Shown here one piece after another: positions 23,082 through 36,970 of a DNA stretch of 64,000 nt. The translations under genes and the position numbers were made by a program. How positions within the stretch are numbered: position 1 is the first letter of the stretch; each line of letters begins with the position of its first letter. Origin of the DNA: Dendrobates tinctorius (lineage: Eukaryota); NCBI RefSeq assembly GCF_039654945.1, contig NW_027361675.1, positions 61,070,001-61,134,000 on the forward strand. The letters run 5' to 3'. Below the pieces are notes generated by a model. The model saw nothing but the letters and a program-made list of their open reading frames with translations, was not told the DNA's origin and made no database searches.

Positions 23082-25749
23082 TAAAGAAGATTTTTTGTCA
23101 TATCTGAATCTGATACAAATTGCCATAAAAGCTGCTTTGTAATGTTACGTCTCAAGAGTTCACCAAACATGAACATTATTGTACTGAATGAACCTGAGCA
23201 AAGAGATTTTATATAGCGAAAATATATTTTTCCACATTTTAAATCAGTTAATGCTTTTTTCACCACAACACAATGCACAACCGAAGATAAACAGCACATA
23301 TTCTTGTGTAGAGGCTTTAACCTCTTGTGTCTGCTTTGCTTTAATTACTATTCTATCTAAAATAGCAATTATCGTTGTATTAGATTTCAATCCCCTGTGG
23401 CTCTGCTACTTTAATCACTATTCTGTGTAAAATGACAAACAAGGAAACAGGGTTTTGCACATAGAAACAAATGAAATGCATTATATAGCAAGTATAGTTA
23501 GATCCTTATTTGCATATACTGTAATTTAATATATTTTGGTTCACTTAGGATTGTTCTTTGCATTGTAATTATGTTATTTTGTAATCACTGCAATTGCTTT
23601 GTCTGCTGTTCAAAATTGCTTTTGTTAAAAAGGAAATATAAGCCATAAAAGTGGATTTTTTTGGAATCTAAAATGTTTTACTTCTTTAGTAGCTGATTAT
23701 GTCACTGTGATGGATACGTAGCGATGACTACTTGCACTTGTCAGCTCGGCTGTCAGTTTTGCATAAACCTGTCAAAATTAAAAAATGTAGGGCTTCATGA
23801 TTATCGTTATGCAGGGGAACAATCTTTTTTCTTGCTTTTTTTGTATATAACATAAAAAATACAAATCTTATTATTTCCCGTCAACATTATTTACCATTAA
23901 TTTATTCAGACTTCTTAGTAAATCCTTTTTAAGTGATCTGTTTGCTAGTTAGCAGACAGAATGTGTTTGAGCATTGACTCAGATACTGCCAACAGTGGAT
24001 GACACCTCTGTAGTTCATGCTCAGTGCTATATTGCTGACGGGTTGGACTAAATTATTCATATGTATCCTTTAATACTTTTACTCTTAGAACAAGGGAGAT
24101 GAATAAGATAGCTAATTCCCTGGAATAGAGCATGGATGTATTCATATTTGTTTTCCTTTATTTATATCTGTTAGATTATTTTAATAAAACCTGTTTCTTT
24201 GATAAACCTATTATACATAGAAATTTCATTCTGAATCTCTAATAAATTCTTATCAATGGTATAGTAAGGCCATGATTATATGTTAACCCCTTTCCTACAT
24301 TGGACGTAATATTCCGTCCATGTGACCTGGGCCCTAAGTCCCATGGACGGAATATTACGTCTAGCGCGATCAGCGGCGCCCACGTGGTGAGCGCCACTGA
24401 TCGCGGCCGGGTGTCAGCTGATTATCACAGCTGACACCTGGCACAATGTGTCAGGGGCGGTCACGGACCGCCCCCGACATGTTAACCCCTTGCACACCAC
24501 GATCAAACATGATCGCGGTGTACCGGGGGTTAAAGGGAAGCATCGGCAGGGAGGGGGCTCCCTCCGTGCTTCCCTGAGCCCCCCAAAGCAGCGCAATGTG
24601 GAGCGCTGCTGCGGGGGACTCTTTCCCTACAGGTCCCCGGATCCAAGATGGTGACGGGGAACTTCGGGGGCCTGTAGGGAGCTGACTTCCTCAGTGCCTG
24701 CAAAGCGCAGGCATGAGGAAATCTGCGTCTATGCCTGTGACAGATTGCTGATCTGTCACAGTGATCTGTGATGTGACAGATCAGCGATCTGTCACAGGAC
24801 AGTGATGTCCCCCCTGGGACAACCTAATAAAGTTAAAAAAAAATTTAAAAAAGTGTAAAAATAATTTTTAAAAAATCGCTAAATAAATTAGAAAAAAAAA
24901 ATATTCCCAAATAAATTCATTTTTTGGAAATAAAAAAAAAAAATAATAAAAGTACACATATTTGAAATAGCCACATCCGTAACGACCTGCCCTATAAAAC
25001 TGTCCCATTAGTTAACCCCTTTAGCGAACCCCTTAAAAATTAAAAATAAAAAACGAAGCAAAAAATAATGATTTATTATCATACCGCCGAACAAAAAGTG
25101 CCATAACGCGCGATCAAAAAGACGCATATAAATATTCATGGTACCGCTGAAAACGTCATGTTATCCTGCAAAAAACGAGCTGCAATACAGAGTCATCAGC
25201 GAAAAAATAAAAAAGTTATAGCTCGCAGAATAAAGCGATGCAAAAATAATTATTTTTTATATAAAATAGTTTTCATTGCATAAAAGCGCCAAAACATTAA
25301 AAAAGACATAAATGAGGTATCGCTGTAACCGTACCGACCCGAAGAATAAAACCGCTTTATCAATTTTACCGCACGCTGAACGGTGTAAACGCACCCCCCA
25401 AAAGAATTTCATGAAACGCTGGTTTTTGTTCATTCTGCGTCCCAAAAATCGGAATAAAAAGCAATCAAAAAATGTCACATGCCCGAAAATGATACCAATA
25501 AAAGTGTCAACTCATCCCGCAAAAAATAAGACCTCAAATGACTCAGTGGGTCAAAATGCGGAAAAATTATAGCTCTCAATATGTGTTGATGCAAAAACTA
25601 TTTTTACAATAAAAAGCGTCTTTTAGCGTATGACAGCTGCCAAACATAAAAACCCGCTATAAATAGTAAATCAAACCCCCCGTTATCACCCCCTTAGTTA
25701 GCAAAAAATAATAAAATTAAAAGAAAATGTATTTATTTCCATTTTCCCA

Positions 25750-25880
25750 TTAGGGTTAGGGCTAGGGCTAGGGTTAGGGCTAGGGTTAAGGCTAGGGTTA
25801 GGGCTAGGGTTAGGGCTAGGGTTAGGGCTAGGGTTAGGGCTGAGATTAGGGTTAGGGGTGTGTTGGGGTTAGGGTTGGAG
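25750..25880 (+). repeat. Telomere-like (TTAGGG/CTAGGG)n tract
   Basis: About 20 hexamers, mostly alternating TTAGGG and CTAGGG. Confidence 0.92.
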
Positions 25881-25884
25881 TTAG

Positions 25885-27300
25885 AATGGGGGGTTTCCAC
25901 TGTTTAGGCACATCAGGTGCTCTCCAAAGGCAACATGGCGTCGGATCTCAAATCCGGCCAATTCTACGTTGAAAAAGTAAAATGGTGCTCCTTCCCTTCC
26001 AAGCTCTGCCATGCGCCCAGTGTTGTACCCCCACATATAGGGTATCAGCCTACTCAGGACAAATTGCAAAACAACTTTTGGGGTCCAATTTCTCCTGTTA
26101 CCCTTAGGAAAATAAAAAATTGGGGGCAAAAATATCATTTTTGTAGAAATTTTTTTATTTTCACGCCCGGGCATTATAAACTTCTGTGAATCACTTGGGG
26201 ATTCAAAGTGCTCACCACACAGCTAGATAAGTTCCGTAGGGGGTCTAGTTTACAAAATGGGGTCACTTGTGGGGAGTTTCAATAGTTTAGGTACATCAGG
26301 GGCTCTCCAAACGCACATGACACCTGCAGACCATTCCATCAAAGTTTGCATTCCAAAATGTCAATACTTCCCTTCCGAGCCCTGACGTGTGCCCATACAG
26401 TAGTTTTCTCCCACATATGAGGTATCAGCGTACTCAGGATAAATTGGACAACAACTTTTGGGGTCCAATTTCTCCTCTTATCCTTGGGAAAATAAAAAAA
26501 TTGGGGACTAATTTATCATGTTTGTGAAAAAAATATGATTTTTTTATTTTCATGCCCGGGCCTTATAAACTTCTGTGAAGCCCTTGGGGTTTCAAAGTGC
26601 TCACCACACATCTAAATACATTCCTTAAAGGGTCTAGTTTCCAAAATGGGGCCACTTGTGGGGGGTTTCCACTGTTTAGGTACATCAGGGGCTCTCCAAA
26701 AGCAACATGACACCCACAGACCATTCCATCAAAGTCTGCATTCCAAAACGTCACTACTTCCCTTCCGAGCCCCGACATGTGCCCATACAGTAGTTTTCTC
26801 CCACATATGAGGTATCAGCGTACTCAGGACAAATTGCACAACAACTTTTGGGGTCCAATTTCTCCTGGTACCATTGGGAAAATGAAAAAATTGGTGACTA
26901 AAAGATCATGTTTGTGGAAAAAATACGATTTTTTTTATTTTCACGCCCAGGCATTATAAACTTCTGTGAAGCACTGGGGGGTTCAAAGTTCTCACCACAC
27001 ATCTAGATAAGTTCCTAGGGGGGGTCTAGTTTCCAAAATGGTGTGATTTGTGGGGGTTCCACTGTTTTGGTACATCAGGGGCTTTCCAAACGCGACATGG
27101 TGTCCGATCTGAATTCCAGCCAATTTTGCATTGAAAAAGTCAAACGGCGCTCCTTCCCTTCTGAGCTCTGCCATGCGCCGAAACAGTGGTACCTCCCACA
27201 TATCAGGTATCAGCATACTCAGGACAAATTGCACAATAACTTTTGCAGTCTCCTGTTACCCTTGGTAAAATAAAAAAAATTGAACCTGAAATATTTTTTT
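25885..27300. repeat. ~380-395-bp tandem repeat (~4 copies) inside the piggyBac-type element
   Basis: TACTCAGGA(C/T)AAATTG at ~26051, 26431, 26821, 27216. Confidence 0.85.
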
Positions 27301-28278
27301 GTGAAAAAAAGTTAAATGTTCATTTTTTTTAAATATTCAAAAAATTCCTGTGCACTTAAAGGGTTAATAAACTTCTTGAATGTGGTTTTGAGCACCTTAA
27401 GGGGTGCAGTTTTTAGAATGGTGTCACTTTTGGGTATTTTCTATCATATAGACCCCGCAAAGTGGCTTCAAATGTGATGTGGTCCGTAAAAATAAAATGG
27501 TGTTGCAAAAATGAGAAATCGCTGGTCAATTTTTAACCCTTATAACTTCCTAACGAAAAGAAATTTTGGTTCCAAAATTGTGCTGATGTAAAGTAAACAT
27601 GTGGTAAATGTTATTCATTAAGTTTTTTGTGTGCCGTATCTCTGTGATTTAAGGGCATAAAAATTCAAAGTTGGAAAATTGCAAAATTTTCGCCAAATTT
27701 CCATTTTTTGCACAAATAAACGCAAGTTATTTGAATGAAATTTTACCACTAACATGAAGTACAATATGTCACGAGAAAACAGTGTCAGAATCACCGGGAT
27801 CCATAGAAGCGTTTCAGAGTTATTACCTCATAAAGGGACAGTGGTCAGAATTGTAAAAATTGGCCCGGGAGTTAACGTGCAAACCACCCTTGGTAGTGAA
27901 GGGGTTAAAGATGATAGCCTGGACTTTTATTTTTATAATTACTATTATGTGGCTAAAACCTAACAGGCAAGTAGTTGATAACATAGGCAACTACCTGCCT
28001 GTTGTTACCTGGTGCCAGTTCAGAGTGGTTATGTCTTCTATTTCCAGTGATACAGTTGTTCCATGTCGACTGAGCTGCTCTTCTTGGCTGCTTTAATAGC
28101 AGTGCAGAAGTTCAAGTGTCATTTTGACGGACAGCCATCCAGCTTCCCACTGTTGGGGTTTATTTGTCAAAAGTAAAAAATGATTCACAAATTATTCCTC
28201 TTAGTCATTTGTGATCAAACAGACTGTTCTTTGCAGACACTGGCTCAAACTGAAGGTGTCCCTGTCAGAGATAACATA

Positions 28279-29593
28279 CTGTATATACTCGTGTATAAGT
28301 CAAGTTTTTCAGCCCCTTTTTTGGGCTGAAAAAGACTCTCTCGACTTATACACTAGTCATACACCCAGAAATACAGCGGGGGAGTGGGAGAAGGAGACAT
28401 GATACTCACCCTCCTAGCCTCTGCATATCCGGCTCTGCTACATCTCAGTCCAGGCATCTGCATCTCCCTTCCTGTCTTCTTCCTGAGCAGTCACATGGTA
28501 CCGCTCATTAAAGACATGAATATGGACGTGTCTCCACTCCCATAGGGGTGGAGAGCATATTCATGACTTTAATGTGACCTCACAGAAATAAGACAGGAAG
28601 GGAGTTGGCTACAGATGCCAGGACTGAGATGTAGCAGAGCCATATATGCAGATGCTAGGAGGGTGAGTAGCACTGGGGGAGGGTGAGCTATGCCATATTC
28701 ACCTGTCCCTGTTCCACCACTGCGCTAAGTCTCCAGGGTCCTCTGGCTGTGATGCTTAGGTCAGAGGGCATGATGACTTGTTTAGTGCGCACCCTCTGCC
28801 TGAACAGTCACTGCAGAGCCGACGATGCTGAGGAGCCGCTGGCAGCGATGAGAGGTGAGTATGTCATTTTTTTTAATCGCAGCAGCATTATATGGGGCAT
28901 ATGTATTAATATGGAGGATGCTATGGGGCTACCATTAACCTTTGTGCAGCATTATGTGGGGCATATTTTAATATGGAGCATCTTATGGGGCCACCATTAG
29001 CCTTTGTGCAGCATTATATGGGGCATATATTAATATGGAGCATGTTATGGGGCCACCATTAACCTTTGTGCAGCATTATGTGGGGCATATTTTAATATGG
29101 AGCATCTTATGGGGCCACCATTAGCCTTTGTGCAGCATTATATGTGGCATATATTAATATGGAGCATGTTATGGGGCCACCATTAACCTTTGTGCAGCAT
29201 TATGTGGGGCATATTTTAATATGGAGCATCTTATGGGGCTACCATTAGCCTTTGTGCAGCATTATATGGGGCATATATTAATATGGAGTATCTTATGGGT
29301 CCACCATTCACCTTTCTGCAGCATTATATGGGGCATATTTTAATATGGAGCATCTTATAGGGCAACCAATAACCTTTCTGCAGCATTATATAAGGGGTAT
29401 TTTAATATGGAGCATCTTATGGGGCCACCATTTTACTTTTATTAGTATCTATTATTATTTTTTAAATTTACCAGTAGCTGCTGCATTTCCCACCCTCGGC
29501 TTATACTCTAGTCAATAAGTTTTCCCATTTTTTTGTGGCAAAATTAGGGGCCTCAGCTTATACTCGGGTCAGCTTATACTCGAGTATATACAT
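28279..29593. mobile_element. Tc2/pogo-like non-autonomous element with a 62-bp minisatellite (28880-29430)
   Basis: TA-CTGTATATACTCGTGTATAAG ... CTTATACTCGAGTATATAC(AT)-TA termini. GCAGCATTATATGGGGCATAT repeats at 62-bp period. Confidence 0.75.
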
Positions 29594-30169
29594 TAATTAT
29601 ACTGTGACTGAAAATAGTGTTGTGCCACATATTCTATAACATCCCTAACTACCCTTCTCCCCAATTAATATGCTTTCTGGAGGCAAAAAATGCCAATTGT
29701 GGCCTGTATTTAGGACTACTGCTAAGACTTTTTGTGCCAGTGGGGGTGGTGTTTCTGCTATGACTGGCTACCACATTCTTAGTATACTTTTCCTCTTTTA
29801 CACAACCACCAAGTGCCACTGCCACTTTTTCTTCTATCCCATATTTTGTGTAGCATTAAAATTAACTTTTGACAATATTTTCAACACCAATAATTCCACC
29901 TATGCAAAAAAAGGGTACAAGAAATGCTAGATAGGTGCACTAAATGCTGATATTCAGGTGCACTGAATGCTAGGTAGGTAGGTACCCTACATGTACAGAA
30001 AGCAAAATATGGCAGCAGTATAGGTGCGGCATGTATGGTTTAAAATAGGACTAGTAAATTAGGTTTGCAAAACAGACATCCAAGGTAAAATGTCAACTTC
30101 TTTAAACATTTTTTAACAAAATGTAACTGTTTTCCAAACATGACATGATATAAAATGTTATGAAGGTAC

Positions 30170-32395
30170 ATGACTAAATAGCTAGCATCTCAAACAGGAC
30201 ACTGCTATACTAATACACATGGGAACAAATGACTCAGCAAAAAAGGACCTGAAAACTATGCAGAGACTGTGAAGACCTATGCTAGAAAGTGAAGGAACAG
30301 GTCATCATCTCATCCATTCTTCCAGTGGATGGACATGGACCAAGGGGATTGAACAGGTTTCTTCAGGTAAACAGCTAGCTAAGTCAATGGTGCCATGGGC
30401 AACGTTTTGGGTTTCTTGACTATAGAGTGAATTTCCTGCATGATGGATTCCTTGCTATAGAAGAGTTGCATCTTATGAAAACAGGAAAACACATATTTAG
30501 CAGACGCCTTGCTACACTCCCCAGGAGAGCTTTTGACTGGAGCAATATTGAATGGGAAGTATATGTTAAGAAAAATAATATGCAGCTAATGAATTCTTTG
30601 AGAATCCTGCTATTAGAAGTGAAAATAAAAAAAAATAACAAATTCTGAATGAAAATAGAGGAGTAAGAGAAACTGACTACAAACTAAAATGTGTCTATAC
30701 AAATGCACAAAGCATGGGAAACAAGGAGAATTGGAGCTGGTTACACAGGAAGAGAGATATGATGTCGTAGGCATCACTGAAACTTGGTGTGATGATACAC
30801 ATGATTGGAATACAAACCTTGAAGGCTACAACTTATTTATTAGAAACAGGATTAACAAGAGGGGAGGAGATATTGCATTATAAGCTAGGAAAATGTAACT
30901 CTACAGAGATCCAAGCTTCAGAGAATGGTAGCATTGCAGAAGTTGTTTAAGTAAGAAGAGAAGAACAGAAAGGACACTATTTTAGGTGTTTACCTGGACA
31001 GACTGAAGAAGTGGGTGAACTCTTTTTACATCAGATGTGTCTGTTCTCAAAAAAGTATGATATAGAGCTCATGGGAGATTTTATCTATCCAAATATTTGT
31101 TGGGAATCTCTCTCAGGCAAAAGTAATGGGTCCAGAAAATTTTCTTCTTGTTTTGCTGACAACTTTATCTTTTAATTTTTGCCAACTGGGAGGAAACGGT
31201 TGAGGAAGTAAAGGTGGCTGGAAATTTAGGAAGCTGCACTCATGGTCTCCTCAAATTTTGGATTACAAGAGTTGGATCATCGAGAACTCAGACTTTAAAG
31301 TTGGTCTTCAGAAAGCAGATTTTAACGGACTAAGAAAGGGAGTAGGAAAGGTCCAATGGCTAGATGTTCTAAAGGACAGAAATGTCCAAGAAAGATATTA
31401 GATTTTGCTATATAAAATTCTTACTGTACAATCAGTGAGAATTCTGAAAATAAGGAATAATTGGAAGCATTTAAAGAGACCAGGATGGATGAACACATAA
31501 CTTAAAAGCTTGTTAAAAAGGAAAAAATAAATATATATTAAATGAAAAGAGGGGCATATCTGAAAAAGAATATAATGTTGTCTGCAGGGAATGCAGTGCA
31601 AGCGTTAGCAAAGCTAAAGCCAGTAATGATGTTGAGCTTGCAAGGGAGACCAAAGGCAATAAAAAAGTATTTTGTGGTATGTTAAAAGTAAAAGAAAAGT
31701 CAAAGATGCTATAGGATTTTTACAGGATGAAAAGGGTGAAGTGGTCAGAAATTATGTTGAGAAGGGCGCACTTTTAAATTTCTATTCTGCATCTGTGTTC
31801 TCTAAGAAAGCAATTGTAACATCAATTCATCTTCATGGTGCTATCAAAGGAATAAAAAAATCCACACTAAAATTAAACAGAGAGATGGTGAGGGAAGACT
31901 TAGCAAATTTAAATGAATTTAAAACTCGTGGTCCATATGAATTGCATCCTAGGGTACTGAAAGAGTTACCCGAGGAAATTGCAAAACCACTACCAGAATA
32001 TTTGAAAAATCCTGAAGAACAGGAGAAGTTACAGAATACTGGAGAAGGGCAAATGTCTCTATCTTTAAAGAAAGAAAAGAAAATGGAACCAGGAAGTTAC
32101 AGGCCAGTGAGTCTAAGTTCTATATCACAAAATATCTTTGTAGATATTGATTGTGTATCTCAACTTCAGAAAATCAGTTTATAAAATATCTTATACTATC
32201 CTTATTCAAAAAATGACCAAGTATTGGATTGACAGGGCTACGGTTAGGTTGATTCATAACTGGGTCAGTGATCATATTCAAATAGTAGAGCTAAATGGTT
32301 GCACATCAAATTGGAAAAGTGTTTCAAGTAGAGTACTTCAAGGCTCGATCCTGACCCCAGTATTGTTCAACATTTTTATAAATGGTATAAATAAG
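30170..32395 (+). pseudogene. Decayed CR1 LINE (ORF1 end, APE endonuclease, RT fragments)
   Basis: LKCVYTNAQSMGN, YDVVGITETW, GPYELHPRVLKEL, PGSYRPVSL, QGSILTPVLFNIFIN motifs. Many stops and frameshifts. Confidence 0.88.
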
Positions 32396-32719
32396 GCAAC
32401 TATTTTCTGTTACCCTTCTGAAAATAAAATAATTGGGGCTAAAATAAGATTTTTGTGGGAAAAATTAGATTTTTGTTTTCACAGCTCATCGTTATAAACT
32501 TCTGTGAAGCACCTGGAGGTTAAAGGTGTTCACCACATATCTAGATACACTCTAGATGACCGCATTGACTACCGCAGCTGACCGCTGCTGATGCTCCCAC
32601 TCCCATCATCCCCCTCTCAGCGTCTGACTTCACCGATGCCGTCACTGACAGGGGGTTGTGATGACGTCACTACTCAGTGCCTTCGGTCTGGAGATGTAAG
32701 AGAGGTGAGTATTGTATTT

Positions 32720-33200
32720 ATTTTTTATGGGGCTGCATTATACTACAGAGTCTGCCTATGGGGGTGCATCATATTAGGAGCTGCATTATACTATAGAGTC
32801 TGCCTATGGGGTTCATTATACTATAGGGTCTGCCTATGGGGTGCATTATATTAAGGGCTCCATTATACTATAGAGTCTGCCTATGGGGTGCATTATATTA
32901 GGGGCTGCATTATACTATACAGTCTGCCTATGTGGGTGCGTTATATTATAGTCTGCTTATGGTGGGCTGCATTATACTATAGAGTCTTCCTATGGGGTAT
33001 GCATTATGCTATAGAGTCTGCCTATGGGGAGTGCATTATACTATATGGAGGCCTATGGGGAGTGCATTATACTATATGGAGGCCTATGGGGAGTGCAGTA
33101 TACTATATGGAGGCCTATGGGGAGTGCATTATACTATATTGAGTACTATACTGAGGCTTGTCTGATGCATTAAATTATATGGAGGCTATCTATGGGGCCA
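32720..33200. repeat. ~30-bp minisatellite (GCATTATACTATA...CCTATGGGG)
   Basis: Direct inspection of tandem units. Confidence 0.75.
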
Positions 33201-33739
33201 TCATATACTTATCAAACAGTTTGGAGGATACTAAAGGATCAGTATATATACAGTGAGGGGGCATTAGACTGTATAACACAGCATCATACTGTGTATAGGG
33301 GAGCTGTACAGGGGGAGAATAGGGACATTATTAAATGTAAAGTGGGCACTTATTGCTATAGGGGAACTCAGGTTAATGTGACTCTCAAAGGAGCACACAG
33401 GACATTGTTACTTTCTAGGGGACAAAATGTGGGCACTGTTTTCTAGGGCACTTGCACCCAGCACTACTATATTCTAGAGTAGACCTGGGCAAAGTGTGGC
33501 CCGCAGGCCTCATCAGGCCATCTGGCTGTATCAGACTGAGACAGCCGTGAGGCTGGAAACCAGAGGTCCACGGGCCGCACCGTGCCCGCCCGCTTCCTGT
33601 CTTCATCTGCACTAACTTCTTTGGTGGAGGAGGGGCGTGTGAAAGAGCTGACGCAATTACATCATTTTATTGCATCAGTTCTGTACTGCAGAGAGTCAGC
33701 ACATCGGAGGTGTATGGAATGTTTTGGTGGGCATGGGAA

Positions 33740-35340
33740 GGCTATGGGGGTGACATATACTGCATATTGTGCTGCATATAGGGTGACATGCTGTACATTA
33801 CGCTATATATGGGGGTGTCATGGTACTGCATATAGGGGTGACATGGTGCTGCATATGGGGGTGGCATTCTGCACATGTGCTGCATATGGAGGTGACATGC
33901 TGCACATGGTACTGTATATGGAGGTAACAAGGTGCTGCATATAGGGGTGACATGGCACTGCATATGGCGGTGGCATGGTGCTGCATATGGGGGTGACATG
34001 GTGCTACATATGGGGGGTGACATGCTGCACATGATGCTGCATATGGGGGCAACATGATGCTGAATATGGGGAAGACATGGTGCTGCATATGGGGGTGACA
34101 TGCTGCACATGGTGCTGCATATGGGGTGATGTGCTGCACATGGTGCTGTAAATGGGGGTGACATGGTGCTGCATATGGGGGTGAAATGGTGCTGCATATA
34201 GGGGTGACATGCTGCACATGGTGCTGCATATGGGGCGACATGCTGCACGTGGTGCTGCATATGGAGGTGACATCGTGCTGCATATGGGAGTGACATGGTG
34301 CTGCATATGGAGGTGACATGCTGCACATGGTGCTGCATATAAGGGTGACATGCTGCACATGGTGCTGCATATGGGGTAATATGCTGCACATGGTGCTGCA
34401 TATGGGGGTGAAATGGTGCTGCATATAGGGGTGACATGCTGCACATGGTGCTGCATATGGGGCGACATGCTGCACGTGGTGCTGCATATGGAGGCGACAT
34501 CGTGCTACATATGGGAGTGACATGGTGCTGCATATGGAGGTGACATGCTGCACATGGTGCTGCATATAAGGGTGACATGCTGCACATGGTGCTGCATATG
34601 GGGTAATATGCTGCACATGGTGCTGTAAATGGGGGTGACATGGTGCTGCAAATGGGGGTGAAATTGGGCTGAATATGGGGGTGACATGCTGCACATGGTG
34701 TTGCATATGGGATGACATGCTGCACATGGTGATGCATATGGAGGTGACATGGTGCTGCACATGGTGCTGCATATGGAGGTGAAATGCTGCACATGGTGCT
34801 GCATATGAGGGTGACATGCTGCAAATGAGGAGGCTATTGCGGCATCATGCTGCACATGGGAAACCTATTGGGGCATCATGCTGCACATGGGGTGGCTATG
34901 TGGGCATCATGCTGCACATTGAAAAGCTATGGGGGCTTCAAGCATTATATGGGGAGGCTATGGGAGTCTCATTCAGTATATTGGGAGACTATGGGGCCTC
35001 ATGCAGTGTATATAGGGAGGCTGGCGGGGCTCATGCAGCGTATATAGGGAGGCTGAGTGGGGCTCATGCAATGCATATAGGGAGGCTGTGTGGGGCTCAT
35101 GCAGTGTATATAGGGAGGCTGTGTGGGGCTCATGCTGTATAAGGGGAGGCTATGGGGCTCATGCTGTGTCTAGGGAGGCTGTGTGGGGCTCATGCAGCAT
35201 ATTGGGAGGCTGTTTAGAGCTCATGCTGCTTATGGGTGAGGCTGGTATAAGACTCATGCCACATATGGGGGAGGTTGTGTGGGGCTCATGCCGCATATGG
35301 GGAGGCTGTGTGGGGCTCATGCTGCATATAAGGGGCTGTT
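33740..35340. repeat. GGTGACATG(CTGCACATG)GTGCTGCATATGGG minisatellite, grading into a ~30-bp GGGAGGCTGTGTGGGGCTCATG repeat
   Basis: Tandem units. Explains the long low-complexity ORFs in all three minus frames. Confidence 0.9.
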
Positions 35341-35459
35341 GGGGAACTCATATGATATGCAGAAGAGGCTGGACTCAGGTTCAAATGATATATAGGGGGA
35401 TGTCAGCATACTTAATTCTGCTCAATATTAAGTGATACAATTACTATTAATATAATTAA

Positions 35460-35834
35460 CGAGCTGAAGAGCCCAGCATTGCCTGGGAATAGTAACTAAC
35501 TGTGGTTAGTTATAACAAATTATAATGATTATCCTCCATCCCATAGTCCAGTGCCCATATACCCATCATAAATATCCTCCATCCCATAGTCCAGTGCTCA
35601 TGTACCCATCATACATATCCTTCATCCCATAGTCCAGTGTCCATATACCCACCCATATACACAATGTGGAGTGGGTGGGGCAATGCAGAGTGGGCGTGAC
35701 TATGTGGAGTGGGTGTGGCTTGAGACACATAATGGGTGTGGCTGCATGGAGTGGGTGTGACAATGCTGTGTGGGTGGGGCTTTGTGGAATGGGCATGGCT
35801 TGATGCACACACATACACTCATTTTATATATAGA
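35460..35834 (-). mobile_element. Short non-autonomous Helitron-like insertion
   Basis: Minus strand begins TCTATATATAAAA and ends with hairpin CCCAGGCAATGCTGGG plus CTCG (degenerate CTAG). Absent from the duplicated copy at ~36620. Confidence 0.7.
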
Positions 35835-36224
35835 TAATATTTTATATATATATGTATATATATAATATAATAATTCTAATATATAGATATTAATATTGAG
35901 TAGAATTAATTTTGGCCTATTGGTTCGGCCCTCCACAACAGTCACGGTCTCTCATGTGGCCCTTGGGGAAAATGAATTGCCCACCCCTGTTCTAGGGGTT
36001 TGCTTTTGAATTGAGTGCACAGAAAACCACACAGTAGGTGTAGTAATAGGGACTCATATGGCAGCAACGGCTCAGTATTGGGGTATCAGCAGGATGAGGA
36101 CTTTGTGCAGGTTGGGAATAGTCCCATTGATGACAGTGCTGAAAATTTGAGAAGTGAAATGTGTCATTATTGTAATCTCTGCAGACGAGTTCTGGTTGGA
36201 AGAAGTTGTCATGTCGATCTGCAG

Positions 36225-36970
36225 TATATATAGGGAGGCTGTGTGGGGCTCATGCAGTATATATAGGGAGGCTGTGTTGGGCTCATGAAGTGTACATAGG
36301 AAGGCTGTGTGGGGCTCATGGAGTGTACATAGGAAGGCTGTGTGGGGCTCATGGAGTGTATATAGGGAGCCTGTGTGGGGCTCATGAAGTGTATATAGTG
36401 AGGCTGTGTGGGGCTCATGCAGTGTATAAAGGGATGCTGTGTGGGGCTCATGCAGTGTATTTAGGGAGGCTGGGATGGGCTCTTGCTGTATTTGGGGAGG
36501 CTCTGGGGCTCATGCTGTGTATAGGGAGGCTGTGTGGGGCTCATGCTGCATATAGTGCATATAAGGGGATGTCAGCATACTTAGCTATGCTCAATATTAA
36601 GTGATACAATTAATATTAATATGATTATTAATATAATAATTATAATATATTGATATTAATATTTAGTAGAATTAATTTCGGCCTATTGGTTCGGCTCTCC
36701 ACAACAGTCACGGTCTCTCATGTGGCCCCTTGGGAAAATTAATTGCCCATCCCTGTTCTTACTTTAGAATTTAGAGGGCACAGAAAACCACACAGTGCGT
36801 GCAGTATTTGGGACACAAATGGCAGCAGTGGCCCAGTATTGGGGTTTCAGCAGGATGAGGACTTTCTGCAGGTTGGGAAAATATACCCAATGGGGACAGT
36901 GCTGAAAATGTGAGAAGTGAAATGTGTCTTTGTTGTAATCTCTGCAGCAGAGGCCTGACTGGAGAAGTTG
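36225..36970. repeat. Diverged duplicate of ~35000-36200 (hAT 3' end plus flank)
   Basis: Repeats GGCCTATTGGTTCGGC...TTGCCCATCCCTG...GCACAGAAAACCACACAG...TGTAATCTCTGCAG. Confidence 0.8.

Larger units (their letters stand above)
24287..27904. mobile_element. 3.6-kb non-autonomous TTAA-target (piggyBac-type) element
   Basis: TTAA|CCCCTTTCCTAC ... GGTAGTGAAGGGG|TTAA. No ORF. Internal tandem arrays. Confidence 0.85.
33480..35989. mobile_element. Non-autonomous hAT (Charlie-type) element carrying a large minisatellite
   Basis: TAGACCTGGGCAA...TTGCCCACCCCTG termini. TSD TTCTAGAG / TTCTAGGG fits the NTCTAGAN Charlie target. Confidence 0.8.

Noticed and set aside
25750-25880. True telomere or chromosome fusion site
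   Set aside because: Short, single orientation, mixed variant units, and inside a transposon.
33742-34855. Long His/Pro/Cys-rich ORFs (360, 339 aa)
   Set aside because: Translations of a stop-poor minisatellite, open in several frames, with no domain or splice structure.
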